A stretch of DNA of 64,000 nt from an uncultured Nitrospiraceae bacterium (GCA_963846575.1 CAWJWJ010000002.1:2400001-2464000), one strand, 5' to 3'. Positions 10,064-20,415 are shown, counted from the stretch's first letter. Made by a program: numbers and translations. Notes: a model not told the origin generated them from the sequence alone.

Positions 10064-11881
10064 ATGGCCGTTTCGCGCAAGAACGTTCCGCTTCGTCCAA
10101 CAGGCCGCTCACTCGCCGGTCGTGAGTTTGCCGATCGTTGGGACCTGTCCGATCTCGTCGCTGACCCGGTGAAGCAATTCGATCGCTATCTGAAAGATCT
10201 GACCACAAAGGTCGAGCGATTCCAGTCGTCCCGTGCGTCCCTGGTCGCATCCATGCCTGAACAGGCCTTTCTGGATCTGCTGACCTTGTCCGACGAGATC
10301 GCCAGAGACTCCGGCCGGCTCGGAGCCTACGCCTACCTGTGGTTTTCCGAGGATACGAAACACTTACAAGCCCGGTCGTTCAAGAGCAAAGTCGAGGAGC
10401 AACTCACCGCACTCCAGAACCATCTCCTGTTCTTCGATCTCTGGTGGCAAGGTGTCGATGAAGCGAATGCGGAGCGATTGATGGCCCGCAGCGGGGACTT
10501 CCGATACCACCTGGAGACCATCCGCCGCTTCAAGCCGCATACGCTCTCCGAGGCCGAAGAGAAAATCATCAACATCAAGAACATCACCGGCCAGAGCGCC
10601 GTCCACCAGCTGTACGATATCGTCACCAATGGCTTCACCTTCACGCTCCGCGTCGGAGGAAGGAAGAGGACCATGAATCGCGAAGCCCTGACGGCCTTCC
10701 TACGGAGTCCGAAAGCGGGTTTACGCGAGGCGGCCTATCAGGAAATGTACCGCGTGTATGATTCCCAACGGGACCTACTCGGGGAACTGTACAAGACATT
10801 GGTCAGCGACTGGAAGGCGGAGAATGTTCAACTGCGCCGGTTTGCGTCGCCGGTGGCCACCCGGAACCTCAGCAACGACATCCCCGATCAAGCCGTCGAT
10901 GCCCTCCTCTCCGTCTGCATGAAGAACGCCTCGATCTTTCAACACTATTTCAGATTAAAGGCGCGGCTCTGCAAGATCAAACACATGAACCGATACCATA
11001 TTTATGCCCCGCACCGGGCCGAGCAGAAAACCTACCGGTATGCGGATGCGGTGCGCATGGTGCTGGATGCGTACCATGGCTTTTCGCCGCGTCTCGCTGA
11101 ACTCGCGCAGCGTGTGTTCGCCGATCGCCACATCGATGCCCGCACGAAGACGGGGAAGCTGGGTGGGGCTTATTGCTACAGCGTGGCCCCCGGGCTGACA
11201 CCCTATGTGCTGTTGAATTTCACCGGCGAAGCGCGCGACATCGCCACGATGGCCCACGAATTAGGCCATGCCGTGCACGGGATGATGGCCGAGCAACACA
11301 ACGTCTTCACCTTTCACTCGACCCTGCCGCTGGCAGAAACGGCCTCGGTGTTCGGCGAACGCATTTTGTCTGACGCGTTGATGGCCTCGGAAACCAGCAA
11401 GCCGGTGAAACAGAGCCTCCTCGTCAACCAATTGGATGACATCTACGCCACGGTGATGCGCCAGGCCTATTTCGTCGCGTTTGAACGGACCGCCCACGAC
11501 ATGGTGGCGGGAGGTGCGACAACCACGGACTTGTCAAAGACCTACCTGGCCCTGCAGCGGCAGCAGTTCGGCAAATCGCTGCGGGTGCCGCAGGAATTTC
11601 AATGGGAGTGGCTCACGATCCCCCACATCTACGCGAGCCCCTTTTATTGTTATGCCTATAGCTTCGGCAACCTGCTGGTTTTGGCCCTGTACCGCATGTA
11701 CCAGGAGCAAGGCAGCGGGTTTGTGCCCCAATATCTGGAGCTTCTGGCGGCCGGCGGCTCCAAACCGCCACAGGAAATCCTGGCGCAGGTCGGAGTCGAC
11801 ATGAACTCGGAAGCCTTCTGGCAATCGGGATTCGATGCGATTTCAGGGATGGTGGATCAGCTGGAACAGACGATGCGATAA
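10064..11881 (+). CDS. pepF: M3 family oligoendopeptidase F
   Basis: N-terminal WDLSDL, HELGH zincin motif, LAETAS, IPHIYASPFYCYAY. Confidence 0.9.
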   Translation: MAVSRKNVPLRPTGRSLAGREFADRWDLSDLVADPVKQFDRYLKDLTTKVERFQSSRASLVASMPEQAFLDLLTLSDEIARDSGRLGAYAYLWFSEDTKHLQARSFKSKVEEQLTALQNHLLFFDLWWQGVDEANAERLMARSGDFRYHLETIRRFKPHTLSEAEEKIINIKNITGQSAVHQLYDIVTNGFTFTLRVGGRKRTMNREALTAFLRSPKAGLREAAYQEMYRVYDSQRDLLGELYKTLVSDWKAENVQLRRFASPVATRNLSNDIPDQAVDALLSVCMKNASIFQHYFRLKARLCKIKHMNRYHIYAPHRAEQKTYRYADAVRMVLDAYHGFSPRLAELAQRVFADRHIDARTKTGKLGGAYCYSVAPGLTPYVLLNFTGEARDIATMAHELGHAVHGMMAEQHNVFTFHSTLPLAETASVFGERILSDALMASETSKPVKQSLLVNQLDDIYATVMRQAYFVAFERTAHDMVAGGATTTDLSKTYLALQRQQFGKSLRVPQEFQWEWLTIPHIYASPFYCYAYSFGNLLVLALYRMYQEQGSGFVPQYLELLAAGGSKPPQEILAQVGVDMNSEAFWQSGFDAISGMVDQLEQTMR

Positions 11882-11933
11882 CGAATGGATGTCGCCCTCG
11901 GCCGCATGACAGCGTCGAGGGCGACGTCCTTCG

Positions 11934-12179
11934 TCAGATGTGTGCGGATGTTGTGTCGGAACCGTGCCCCTGCCGCAGGATTTCCCGCTCTGCGTCCAAC
12001 CAATCATGCAGGTGATTTCCGTCCAAACGGCCGCGTTGAACGTAGAACTCATGCGCCCGTGCCGCAATGCGGACCTGAACGTCCTGAACAGGCTCATGAC
12101 GATTCACCGGTACGGCTGAAACGGCCTCTTGTTTCGCCGGACGCGTGGCGGCCTTCGCCGGCCCCATCTTCTTCTTCAT
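11934..12179 (-). CDS. DUF2934 domain protein
   Basis: IAARAHEFYVQRGR...DWLDAEREI signature. Confidence 0.85.
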   Translation of the reverse strand: MKKKMGPAKAATRPAKQEAVSAVPVNRHEPVQDVQVRIAARAHEFYVQRGRLDGNHLHDWLDAEREILRQGHGSDTTSAHI

Positions 12180-12222
12180 GCTTCCCCCCTAGTACCCTGT
12201 TTCAGTCGCCGCCCCCGCACTC

Positions 12223-12413
12223 TCACGGGACCATCACGCGCGACTTCTGCCCGGACAATACCATATTCTGAGCGTTCTGATAACGCAGCAGAACCCTGCG
12301 TTCACGGCTCAGCCGATCCACGGCCAAGAACATTTGGTTCGCCGTAAAGCCGGGAGATTCCGGAACAGCTCCTCCAGGGGACAGACGCGCTGCTGAGGCA
12401 CATACTGCAACAT
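12223..12413 (-). pseudogene. Frameshifted small hypothetical gene (CPLEEL...NQMFLAVDRLSR type)
   Basis: MLQYVPQQRVCPLEELFRNLP in one frame continues as FTANQMFLAVDRLSRERRVLLRY in another frame; the break is near 12350. Confidence 0.5.
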
Positions 12414-12851
12414 GGCTGTTTTGCGTCGCTGCGAGCATTCAGGGGTTCCTGCTTCGTGACCACTGACTCGCGAGATTGGGACATCGACAGAAGCTGACAG
12501 CCCTCGAATCTCTCTTGATCCCTTGCAAATCCCGCTGCAACAACACTTGCGGGCGAACGGCTCGGACAGCCGGCGGCGGCGGCTTGAGTATTGAGCTCTG
12601 GCGGCATGTCCGTCAGATCGGCGGAGAGTGGCACCGCCCGAAGGTGGGGCCACAACCGCGGCTGAGAGGGAGGAGTCGCACTCCGCTGAGCCGAGACAAT
12701 CTGTGGCGGCCATGAGTCCGCGTGAAACGGCCAGGGCCGAAGGTTTCCGCCGGTAGCGCTCCACCAGAAAAACGTTGTGCGTGCTTTGGCCCTCTGGGTA
12801 TAATGCGCCGCTTTCTGCAGGTGCCTCACCACCCTGTTCAATGGAGGATCT

Positions 12852-13379
12852 ATGAAGAACCTAATTCGGCTGGTAGTGATCGGCGTCTTCGTTGTTTCGC
12901 AGGGCTCGCTCGGTGCCGCTATCGCCAAATCGCCGGGCACGTCTGACACTGGACCGGGCTGCGGATGGGGGAAAATTTGGTGGGCAAAGGATGCGGGGGC
13001 AAAAACCAAAGGCGTGCAGATCCTCATGGCGACGAGCAACGGCATGTTCGGGAACCAGACATTTGGTATCAGCAGCGGCACGCTGGGCTGCACGAATGAC
13101 GGGAAATGGTGGAGTCAGCAGAAAACCATTATGTTCGCCGAACTCAATTACGAAACTCTCACCCACGAAATTGCTCAAGGTCGTGGAGAACATCTCGCCT
13201 CCCTGGCCACGCTCATGGGGATCCCGGCTGAGCGGCATGCCGTGTTTTTTGCCTTGGCTCAGGAACGCTATGCATCCCTGGTTGAGCTGGGCGACCATTC
13301 GCCGGCCACTCTCGTGCATGAATTAAGCGAAGCCATCGAGACACGTCCTGATTCGGAAACAGTTGCCATGACCCGCTAG
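12852..13379 (+). CDS. DUF3015 family exported protein
   Basis: RBS GGAGG; signal peptide; GPGCGWG, NQTFGISSGTLGC, GRGEHLASLATLMG. Confidence 0.88.
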   Translation: MKNLIRLVVIGVFVVSQGSLGAAIAKSPGTSDTGPGCGWGKIWWAKDAGAKTKGVQILMATSNGMFGNQTFGISSGTLGCTNDGKWWSQQKTIMFAELNYETLTHEIAQGRGEHLASLATLMGIPAERHAVFFALAQERYASLVELGDHSPATLVHELSEAIETRPDSETVAMTR

Positions 13380-13866
13380 TGGTCCTCGGGAACTCGAGGG
13401 ACTTCTATTTAATTCCGAGCCCCGATCCCATGGTCGACGTGCGCACTCCGAGGACGGGGCGTCACGCCTGAAGTGCGTGGACGAGCTTACAAGAATGGTG
13501 CAGCGGCGCCTGGGATCGCGGCGCGTATCTCGGAGCGGTGCCTGTCGCGTCCGCTTCCCGGGGAGTCCGTGATCATGTCACTGCGTCGACAAGAGAGAAC
13601 CCCGCAGTCTATCCGCCCCTCGATCACCGCCAGTAACGTGAGCAACGCGAATGAATGGGGAGAAGCGGCATTCCGTCGTGTGACGGAATAGCCGTTTGGT
13701 CGGCAAGAGGCGTGACCTGCGAGGTTTCCAGGTCATAAAGAACGGAGAATTGAGAGGGTTTTGACGTGTATTGTGATGGTTCAGCGGAAGTCTGAACCGC
13801 CGATGTGAGAAATGTACTACGGACTCGTCGGTCCCGAACCGACTGCTCGCCAGGAGCCGCAATCCG

Positions 13867-13968
13867 TTAGCTGGTCAATCCCCAGGTGCTCCAGAGAGCG
13901 ACTGCGGCCACTGCCAACATGAACCACGCCAACTCACGATCTCCGATTTTCTTGATCATTCGTACCAT
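13867..13968 (-). CDS. 33-aa single-TM small protein (MVRMIKKIGDRELAWFMLAVAAVALWSTWGLTS), not in the ORF track
   Basis: AGGAGGTG Shine-Dalgarno directly before ATG; basic N-terminus then a hydrophobic helix; sigma54 promoter ~50 bp upstream. Confidence 0.72.
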   Translation of the reverse strand: MVRMIKKIGDRELAWFMLAVAAVALWSTWGLTS

Positions 13969-14017
13969 GAGTCACCTCCTCCCATCCCGCTGTTTGCACG
14001 ACGATACCTGCTGTATT

Positions 14018-14033
14018 AGCAAGGCACATGCCA
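14018..14033 (-). promoter_or_regulatory. Sigma54 -24/-12 promoter of the 33-aa ORF
   Basis: TGGCATGTGCCTTGCT, close to consensus TGGCAC-N5-TTGCW. Confidence 0.8.
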
Positions 14034-14086
14034 TTGCCATTAGGCTGGAATTCAGTCTTTTTCGCTGATGAGCGAGCGGAAATCGA

Positions 14087-14117
14087 GCGGATTCGCACGC
14101 CTCGCACTGTGCGAATC
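14087..14117. promoter_or_regulatory. Candidate upstream activator site
   Basis: GATTCGCAC-N10-GTGCGAATC inverted repeat; closely resembles 27974-28001. Confidence 0.55.
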
Positions 14118-14198
14118 ATCACAGCGAGGGACTCTCAGCGGGATGATGTTCGAAGGAACCGAAAAACCGGGAAGGCAGATCGAGGTTCAGAGGCTGGT

Positions 14199-14855
14199 TC
14201 AGGAGGCTATTTCGGCATCACGTCCAAGCAACCTCTTTTTCGGATTGCTGATGGCTCTGGTGAGATACACAGCAAGGATCACTCCAAGGCTTTCCAGAAA
14301 CAGCAGTTGCCACCGGGCCCGCTGCAGCCACGACTCATAGGTCACGGCTTCCAGCGGCACTTCCCGCTGAATCCGCACCTCAAACTCCCCGATGGCCTTT
14401 TCGACGGTCAGGAACAACGCGCGGCCATTCCCCGCTCGCACATATAAGCGGACCTGCTCCTGCTTTTCCGTCCCGACCGCCGCCACCAGCGCTCTCTTGC
14501 TCGCGATAAACTCCTTGAGACGAGCCGCAAGCACTCCTAATCCCGCTCGCAGGCCGGGAGTCGTCGCGGTCAGATCCGCCAGCTTGGCCATTCCGGCATC
14601 CAGACGACTCTCAGCCAGGTTGATCGGTTCGAGAAAGGATTGTTGCTCCGTGAGGAGATATCCACGAAAGTTCGTCTCCACGTCCATCACCAGACGCTGG
14701 AGACGCAACACCTCCTCAAGAATTTTTGAACGGTGGAGTTGCCGCTCCTGCTGCGCGCGCCATTGATCGAAGAGAAACAGGTGCCCGAAGAAGGAGAGGG
14801 CCAGCGCGGCCGTAACGACGAGGAAGAGTCCGATGAACCGGCCACGTATGTCCAT
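14199..14855 (-). CDS. Stand-alone CHASE3 sensor-domain membrane protein
   Basis: TM-CHASE3 (DVETNFRGYLLTEQQSFLEP)-TM with only a short cytoplasmic tail. Confidence 0.8.
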   Translation of the reverse strand: MDIRGRFIGLFLVVTAALALSFFGHLFLFDQWRAQQERQLHRSKILEEVLRLQRLVMDVETNFRGYLLTEQQSFLEPINLAESRLDAGMAKLADLTATTPGLRAGLGVLAARLKEFIASKRALVAAVGTEKQEQVRLYVRAGNGRALFLTVEKAIGEFEVRIQREVPLEAVTYESWLQRARWQLLFLESLGVILAVYLTRAISNPKKRLLGRDAEIAS

Positions 14856-15079
14856 GATTGCGTGCGATGCTTTCCAGTCTACTCGACGACGTGAAGGCAA
14901 CGCGCCCTATCAATTTAACCGGCGCCTTTCGCGAAGTCCTCACGTGCGGAGGCTGCGGAGGCCTACGAGACCGCGTCATCGAGCAGCGATAGTATCCCCT
15001 GAGACCGGCCGCTACGAGCGATCGGTTTCTTCAATCGCCTACAGCACGATTCAGGCCACAGGATGAGGATGTGGTGAGG

Positions 15080-15108
15080 GTCGGGAGGAGCATGAGGCTC
15101 CCCCCGAC
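15080..15108 (-). terminator. Stem-loop just downstream of nxrB (minus copy)
   Basis: GTCGGGAGGAGC-ATGAG-GCTCCCCCCGAC; no clear U tract. Confidence 0.5.
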
Positions 15109-15121
15109 GGTTCGCTGCTTG

Positions 15122-16411
15122 TTACAGCCAGTTCACGCGCTCGGCCGGCCGAATGTAGATCGGCTCTTCGACCTGCAGCCGCACCACTTCCTTGCCCGAC
15201 TTGTTGAAGCCCAACACCGTATCGTTGTACATCTCGAACCGCTTCCCGTGGATTTGGGTTTCAAACACTTTCGGACCCGGAATGACGTCGTACCGGAAGA
15301 CGATCTGCTGGCTGGCTCGCCAGAGCTGGAGCACCGCCAACAGTTCCCGGCTCGGCACGAGATACTTCTCAATCGCGTTGTCCACCCCCGGCCCGAACAT
15401 CTGCCGCGCATAGCCCCGCGGGCTGTGCCGCGGCGGAATGTAGAAGCCGTTGGGCTCCGTGCCCCATTGCGGATACAGCGGCAGCGCCACCTGCTCCACC
15501 CGAATGGCGTAGTACAGCGGATGCCAGCGATCTTCCGCCCACAGCCCGTCGTCGCCGATGCGCACCAGGCCCTGCAGCCGGATCTTGCCGACGCACGCCG
15601 CCATACACCGCGTTTCCATCGGCTCGCCGCCCGTCAGCGGGTCCTTGCCCTCGATCCGCGGATAGCAGGCAATACACTTCTCCGATACCCGCGTCGTGCC
15701 CCGGTACATCGGCTTCTTATACGGGCATTGCTCCACACACTTCTTGTACCCCCGGCAGCGGTTCTGGTCGATCAACACGATCCCGTCTTCCGGCCGCTTG
15801 TAGATGGCCTTCCGCGGACAGGCCGCCAGACAGCCCGGATAGGTGCAGTGGTTACAGATGCGTTGCAGATAGAAGAAGTACGTTTCATGCTCCGGCAAGC
15901 TGCTGCCGTGATCCTCCACGGTTCGTCCCGGCTAAAGCCGGTCTTGTCGATGCCCTCCACGATCGCCCGCATCGAGGTCGCCGTGTCTTCATAAATGTTC
16001 ACAAACCGCCATTCCTGGTCCGTCGGAATGTAGCCGATCGCCGCCTGGCCGACCTTGGCCCCCGCGTCGAAGATCGTCATCCCTTCGAACACCCCATACG
16101 GCGCATGGTGCTTGCGGCCCACCCGCACGTTCCACACCTGGCCGCCCGGATTCACTTGCTCGATCGAGCTGGGTGATCTTCACGTCGTAGAACTGCGGAT
16201 AGCCGCCGTACGGCTTGGTCTCCACGTTGTTCCACCACATGTATTCCTGCCCCTTCGAGAAGAGCCAGGTCGACTTGTCCGCCATCGAGCAGGTTTGACA
16301 CGCCAAACACCGGTTGATGTTGAAGACAAAGGCAAACTGCCACTTCGGATGCCGCTCCTCATACGGATACAGCATCTTCCGTCCTAGCTGCCAGTTATAG
16401 ACTTCAGGCAT
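15122..16411 (-). CDS. nxrB: Nitrite oxidoreductase beta subunit, copy 1; two frameshifts (+1 near 16164, -1 near 15908), likely sequence errors
   Basis: Three overlapping ORFs rebuild a protein nearly identical to 47510-48799 over the same 1290-nt span; Fe-S motifs CLACQTC, CNHCTYPGC, CIAC. Confidence 0.93.
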
Positions 16412-16454
16412 TGACTCTCTCCTTTCAGTCGCGAGTCGTCCCCGTCGGTCGACG

Positions 16455-16496
16455 TTCGTGAAGCGTTCGAGCTACCCTCCTCTTACGCTTCACGAA
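16455..16496. repeat. Inverted repeat in the nxrA-nxrB spacer
   Basis: TTCGTGAAGCGT-N18-ACGCTTCACGAA, perfect 12-bp arms. Confidence 0.75.
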
Positions 16497-16520
16497 GGAC
16501 GTTTCACGCGTCACATGGTC

Positions 16521-19500
16521 TTAGACTTTGATCTTGATATGTTCACCCTTGAGCCACTTGATCATGAACTCATTTTCCTGACCCGGCGTGAAACCGGTCC
16601 GGACCGGTTCCCACGGCCCACGCGCTCCGATGCCGCCGTCTTCCGCCTTGGTGATGCGGATCAGACATTCTTTCGGCACCGTGTTGACGGCATGGTGATC
16701 AATCTCAAAGCCCCATTTGAACTTCCATGCTATTGGCTTGCTTCCCGGGAAGCGAGTCGGTTTGGTGCATCGGCATGAGCCAACTGCTGGTAAATGACTG
16801 CTGCGCGCCATACCGGAAGTTCGACTGATAGCCGGTGTCCACCGCAATGGCGCGTCCGTCCGGCCGCGTCTCATGCCCCTTGACCGACTTCGGCGTCGAC
16901 ACATAGGGCGCATGCTTGGCCATCGTCACGTGGTACGGATACGCCGGGTTGTACTTCGCCCGGATCATCAGCCGCGCCACCTTGTAGTACGGGTCGGACG
17001 GCTTCCAGCCCCGATAGGGCCGGTCCACCGGGTTACCGTCCACGAAACAGTAGTCCCCGTCGTTGATGCCCCGGTCTTTCGCCGCCTGCGGGTTGATGTG
17101 GATCTGATGCTCGCCGACCCCCGGCGTCCGTTTGTCCATCCGGTAGGGATCGCCGAAGTTCGACTCGTAAATCTGCACCCAGTCGTTCACCGACCATTGG
17201 CTATGCACCCGGTGCCGGGTCTTCGGCGTCACGCAGTAGAACTGGTACCCCTTCTCCCACAACGGATTCGAACTCTGCTTGATTTCCTGCCACGGCAGCT
17301 TGATGTTGCGCACCGTCTTGTCGTCATGGTGCTGTGCCGTGATCGGAATCCCATAGTCCTCCGGCCGCACGTAGGGATTGGTCGTCATGATCGCATTCGG
17401 CAGATACGGGGTCGCCTCCGGCCCTTCCCGGTGCGAGATGAAGTTCTCCCCGTACTCGATCGCTTCCGGCTCGACACGGTAGGTCTCCAGCCGGCCCGAT
17501 CGCGTCCAATGCGGCTTCGACTCGTTGGTTTCTTCCCAGAGCGGATGCCGCGGATAGGTCCGGCACATCACCATCCAGCCCTTTTCCGACTTGAGCATCA
17601 CGTCGGCGCTGTAGCCGAAGAACGTGCTCGATGCATCGAGAATCCGTTGCACGTAAATGTCCACACGGTTCTCATACACGAACTTGTAGGTATCAGTCAT
17701 GCGTTGCTCACCGGTCATCTCCTTCAGTTTCACCGCCACACCGGCAAAACTATCGAGATCGTTTCTGGTGTCATACAACGGCCGGATGCCGCCCTTCCAG
17801 ATCTGCACCCACGGGTTTGACACGGTGGCCGTCATTTCCGGATAGGTGAACTCCATCCACGAATTCACCGCAAACGCCACGTCCGCATGGTTGACGTCCG
17901 AGGTCATCTCGATGTCCTGCGTGACCAGCATCTCGATGTTCGGATCGACGTTTTTGACCATGTCGTAGTGATGCTTGGCATTGTTGAGAATATTGACGTT
18001 CACGACCCAACGGATTTTGCTCGGGCTCGGCATGTGCGTCTTGCCGGTGAACACCTTGCGTCCGTACTTCGGCGTATTGACGATCAAGGCCTTGTCGCCG
18101 TGATTCCAATAGCCCGGCTCCTCGCCGTAGTAGTACTTGCGATACTTGATTTCCTTGCCGTGGACATTCTGATTGAGGTTCAGATTCCAGGGATCTTCGC
18201 CGAGATACACGCTGGCGCCCGCACCAGACCAGGGCGCCGCCTGCCAGATGCCGACCTTGTAATTCCCGGACCAGGTATGGCACCCGGTGCCGAATTTCCC
18301 GATATTGCCCGTCAGCATCATCACCAAGGCCGCCGCTCGTCCCATCGACGTCATATGGAAATAGTGACAGACACCTTCGCCGTTATGAATGGCCGCCGGC
18401 TTCACCGTGCCACAATCCCGCGCCCATCGCACGATGAGGTCTTTCGGCGCGCGGTTGACCTGATGCACCGTGTCGAGGTCGTAGTCCTGCAGGTGAATCG
18501 TATACATTTGATAAATCGGCATCACGTCGACTTCACGTCCGTTGAGCAGTTTCACCCGATAGGTGCCGGTCAGGGCCGGATCGATCCCGCTCTGGGCCAT
18601 GTGATAGCCGACTTGCTCCCGATGCAGCGGAACGGCATGCCCCTTGGCCAGATCCCAGACCATCATGCCCCCGAGCCGCTGGATGTTCTCCTTGCTCAGT
18701 CCCTGCACCCTGCCCGAATAGGATTTTGAGAAATCGGGCAAGTGATAGTCCTTCACTACCTCGTGCGGATCGAGATACTGCAAGGTATCCGTCCGGACCA
18801 GCAGAGGCATGTCGGTAAATTCCTTAATGAAATTGATATCCTGGAAATTCTCATCGAGGAGAATCTTACAGGCGCCGAGAAACAGCGCTCCGTCCGTCTC
18901 GGGGCGAACCGGAATCCAATAGTCGGCCCGGCTGGCCGTGGGATTGTATTCCGGGGTGATCACGACGAGCCGCGCCCCGCGTTCCATGCTCTCCAGTTTC
19001 CAGTGCGCTTCCGGCATTTTGTTTTCGACGAAGTTTTTGCCCCAACTGGTGTTGAGCTTCGTGAAGCGCATGTCGGAGAGGTCGACGTCGCAGTTCTGCG
19101 TCCCGTTCCACCAGGGCTGAGAAGGGTCTTGATCGCCGTGCCACGTATAGTTGTTCCAATACCGGCCGCCTTGCGCCTGATCCGGACTGACTTTGCGGAT
19201 CCAGCTATCCAACAGGGGCAGCACACAATTGTTGAATCGGGTATTGGCGTGCTTGCCCATCATCCCGAGGATCGGCATGCCCGCGCGATGCTTGAACGTC
19301 CGCACGCCCGCGCCCTTCATCATCTCGATCATTTCCGGAGCATACCCCTGCTCGCGGAGACGACGCGCGCCGGCTTCGCCGCTATAACGGGTCCCGATCA
19401 CGACCAGCCCTTTGGCCACGTAAGTAAAGGCCGTGTCCCAGGACACCCGGACCATATCGTCCAGGAACCGGGCGTCGAATTTGTACTTCCGTTTGTTGTC

Positions 19501-19962
19501 CGACGTCAGTTCCGGAGAGCCGTCATCCATCCACTGCTTCCAGCCTTTGCGCATCAACGGACCCTTCAACCGGTAGGGACCGTACACGCGCCGGTGGAAC
19601 GTGAAGCCCTTCAGGCACATACGAGGGTTATGGGCGAACGAGCCCCGGTTGCCGTAGAGGTCTTCATAAGTTTGGTGGTCATAGTTCTGCTCGACGCGCA
19701 TGACGACGCCGTTCCGGACGAACGCCCGGATGCGGCAGGCATGCGTATCGTTCGGTGAGCAGACCCAGGTGAAGGATGAGTCATACCGATATTGATCGTG
19801 ATAGACACGCTCCCACGACCGGTCGGGATATTCGCCTAACGGATTGTCGACCTCGACGACGGGCTGCAACGCGGTCAGTGCCAAGGCCCTGTCGGCAATG
19901 GCTGCCACCGCGACCGTCCCCGCCGAGACCTTTAAAAACTGCCTGCGGGATAACTGCATCAT
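16521..19962 (-). CDS. nxrA: Nitrite oxidoreductase alpha subunit (Mo-bisPGD), copy 1; one +1 frameshift near 16732
   Basis: Tat motif SRRQFLK, CSPNDTHAC FS0 motif, TWHGDQ. The C-terminus (WKFKWG...HIKIKV) lies in the neighbouring frame. Confidence 0.95.
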
Positions 19963-20201
19963 GAAATATACCTCCTCAAATGAAGACAGGACACTCTAGG
20001 CGCCACAGTCCATGGCGCCGCACACGACTTCATCAATGACCGGAGCAGGCCGATGAGTACACAACCCCCTTCCAGGCGCACGGTTCTTCCGCCACACGAG
20101 TGGCCGGTCACCCAGCGATGCCGCGGCGCGCAAGCCTCTGCGCAAAGAACGATGCTCCCCGTTAAAAGAGTAGGAGAATAAAAAATCACGAGGACCCCCT
20201 G

Positions 20202-20217
20202 TGCAGCTCACATGCCA
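20202..20217 (-). promoter_or_regulatory. Sigma54 promoter of nxrAB copy 1
   Basis: TGGCATGTGAGCTGCA (GG-N10-GC). Confidence 0.72.
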
Positions 20218-20279
20218 CGAGACTGTCCCAGGGCGCCGACGTCTATGTGATTGAAATCACGCGCAGTTGGAATCGGTCA

Positions 20280-20359
20280 CCGATAAACCTCGTGGGCGCG
20301 GCGAATGGACCACGAAATTGCGTGGTGGGATATCACGGTTCCACCACGAAATGTCGTGG
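20280..20359. promoter_or_regulatory. Candidate enhancer sites CCACG-N6-CGTGG
   Basis: Perfect copies at 20310-20325 and 20344-20359; degenerate copy at 20280-20295. Confidence 0.65.
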
Positions 20360-20415
20360 GGCTCCGTGATCAGACCGGACGGGCGGGCAATGACAAGGGA
20401 TCTGGATAGAAGGAT

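Noticed and set aside
15900..16740. Programmed frameshifting or phase variation in nxrAB copy 1
   Set aside because: No slippery heptamer or simple-sequence tract at any of the three sites.
19959..20211. ORFs of 71-76 aa upstream of nxrA copy 1
   Set aside because: They begin within or just after the promoter with no RBS; more likely untranslated leader.
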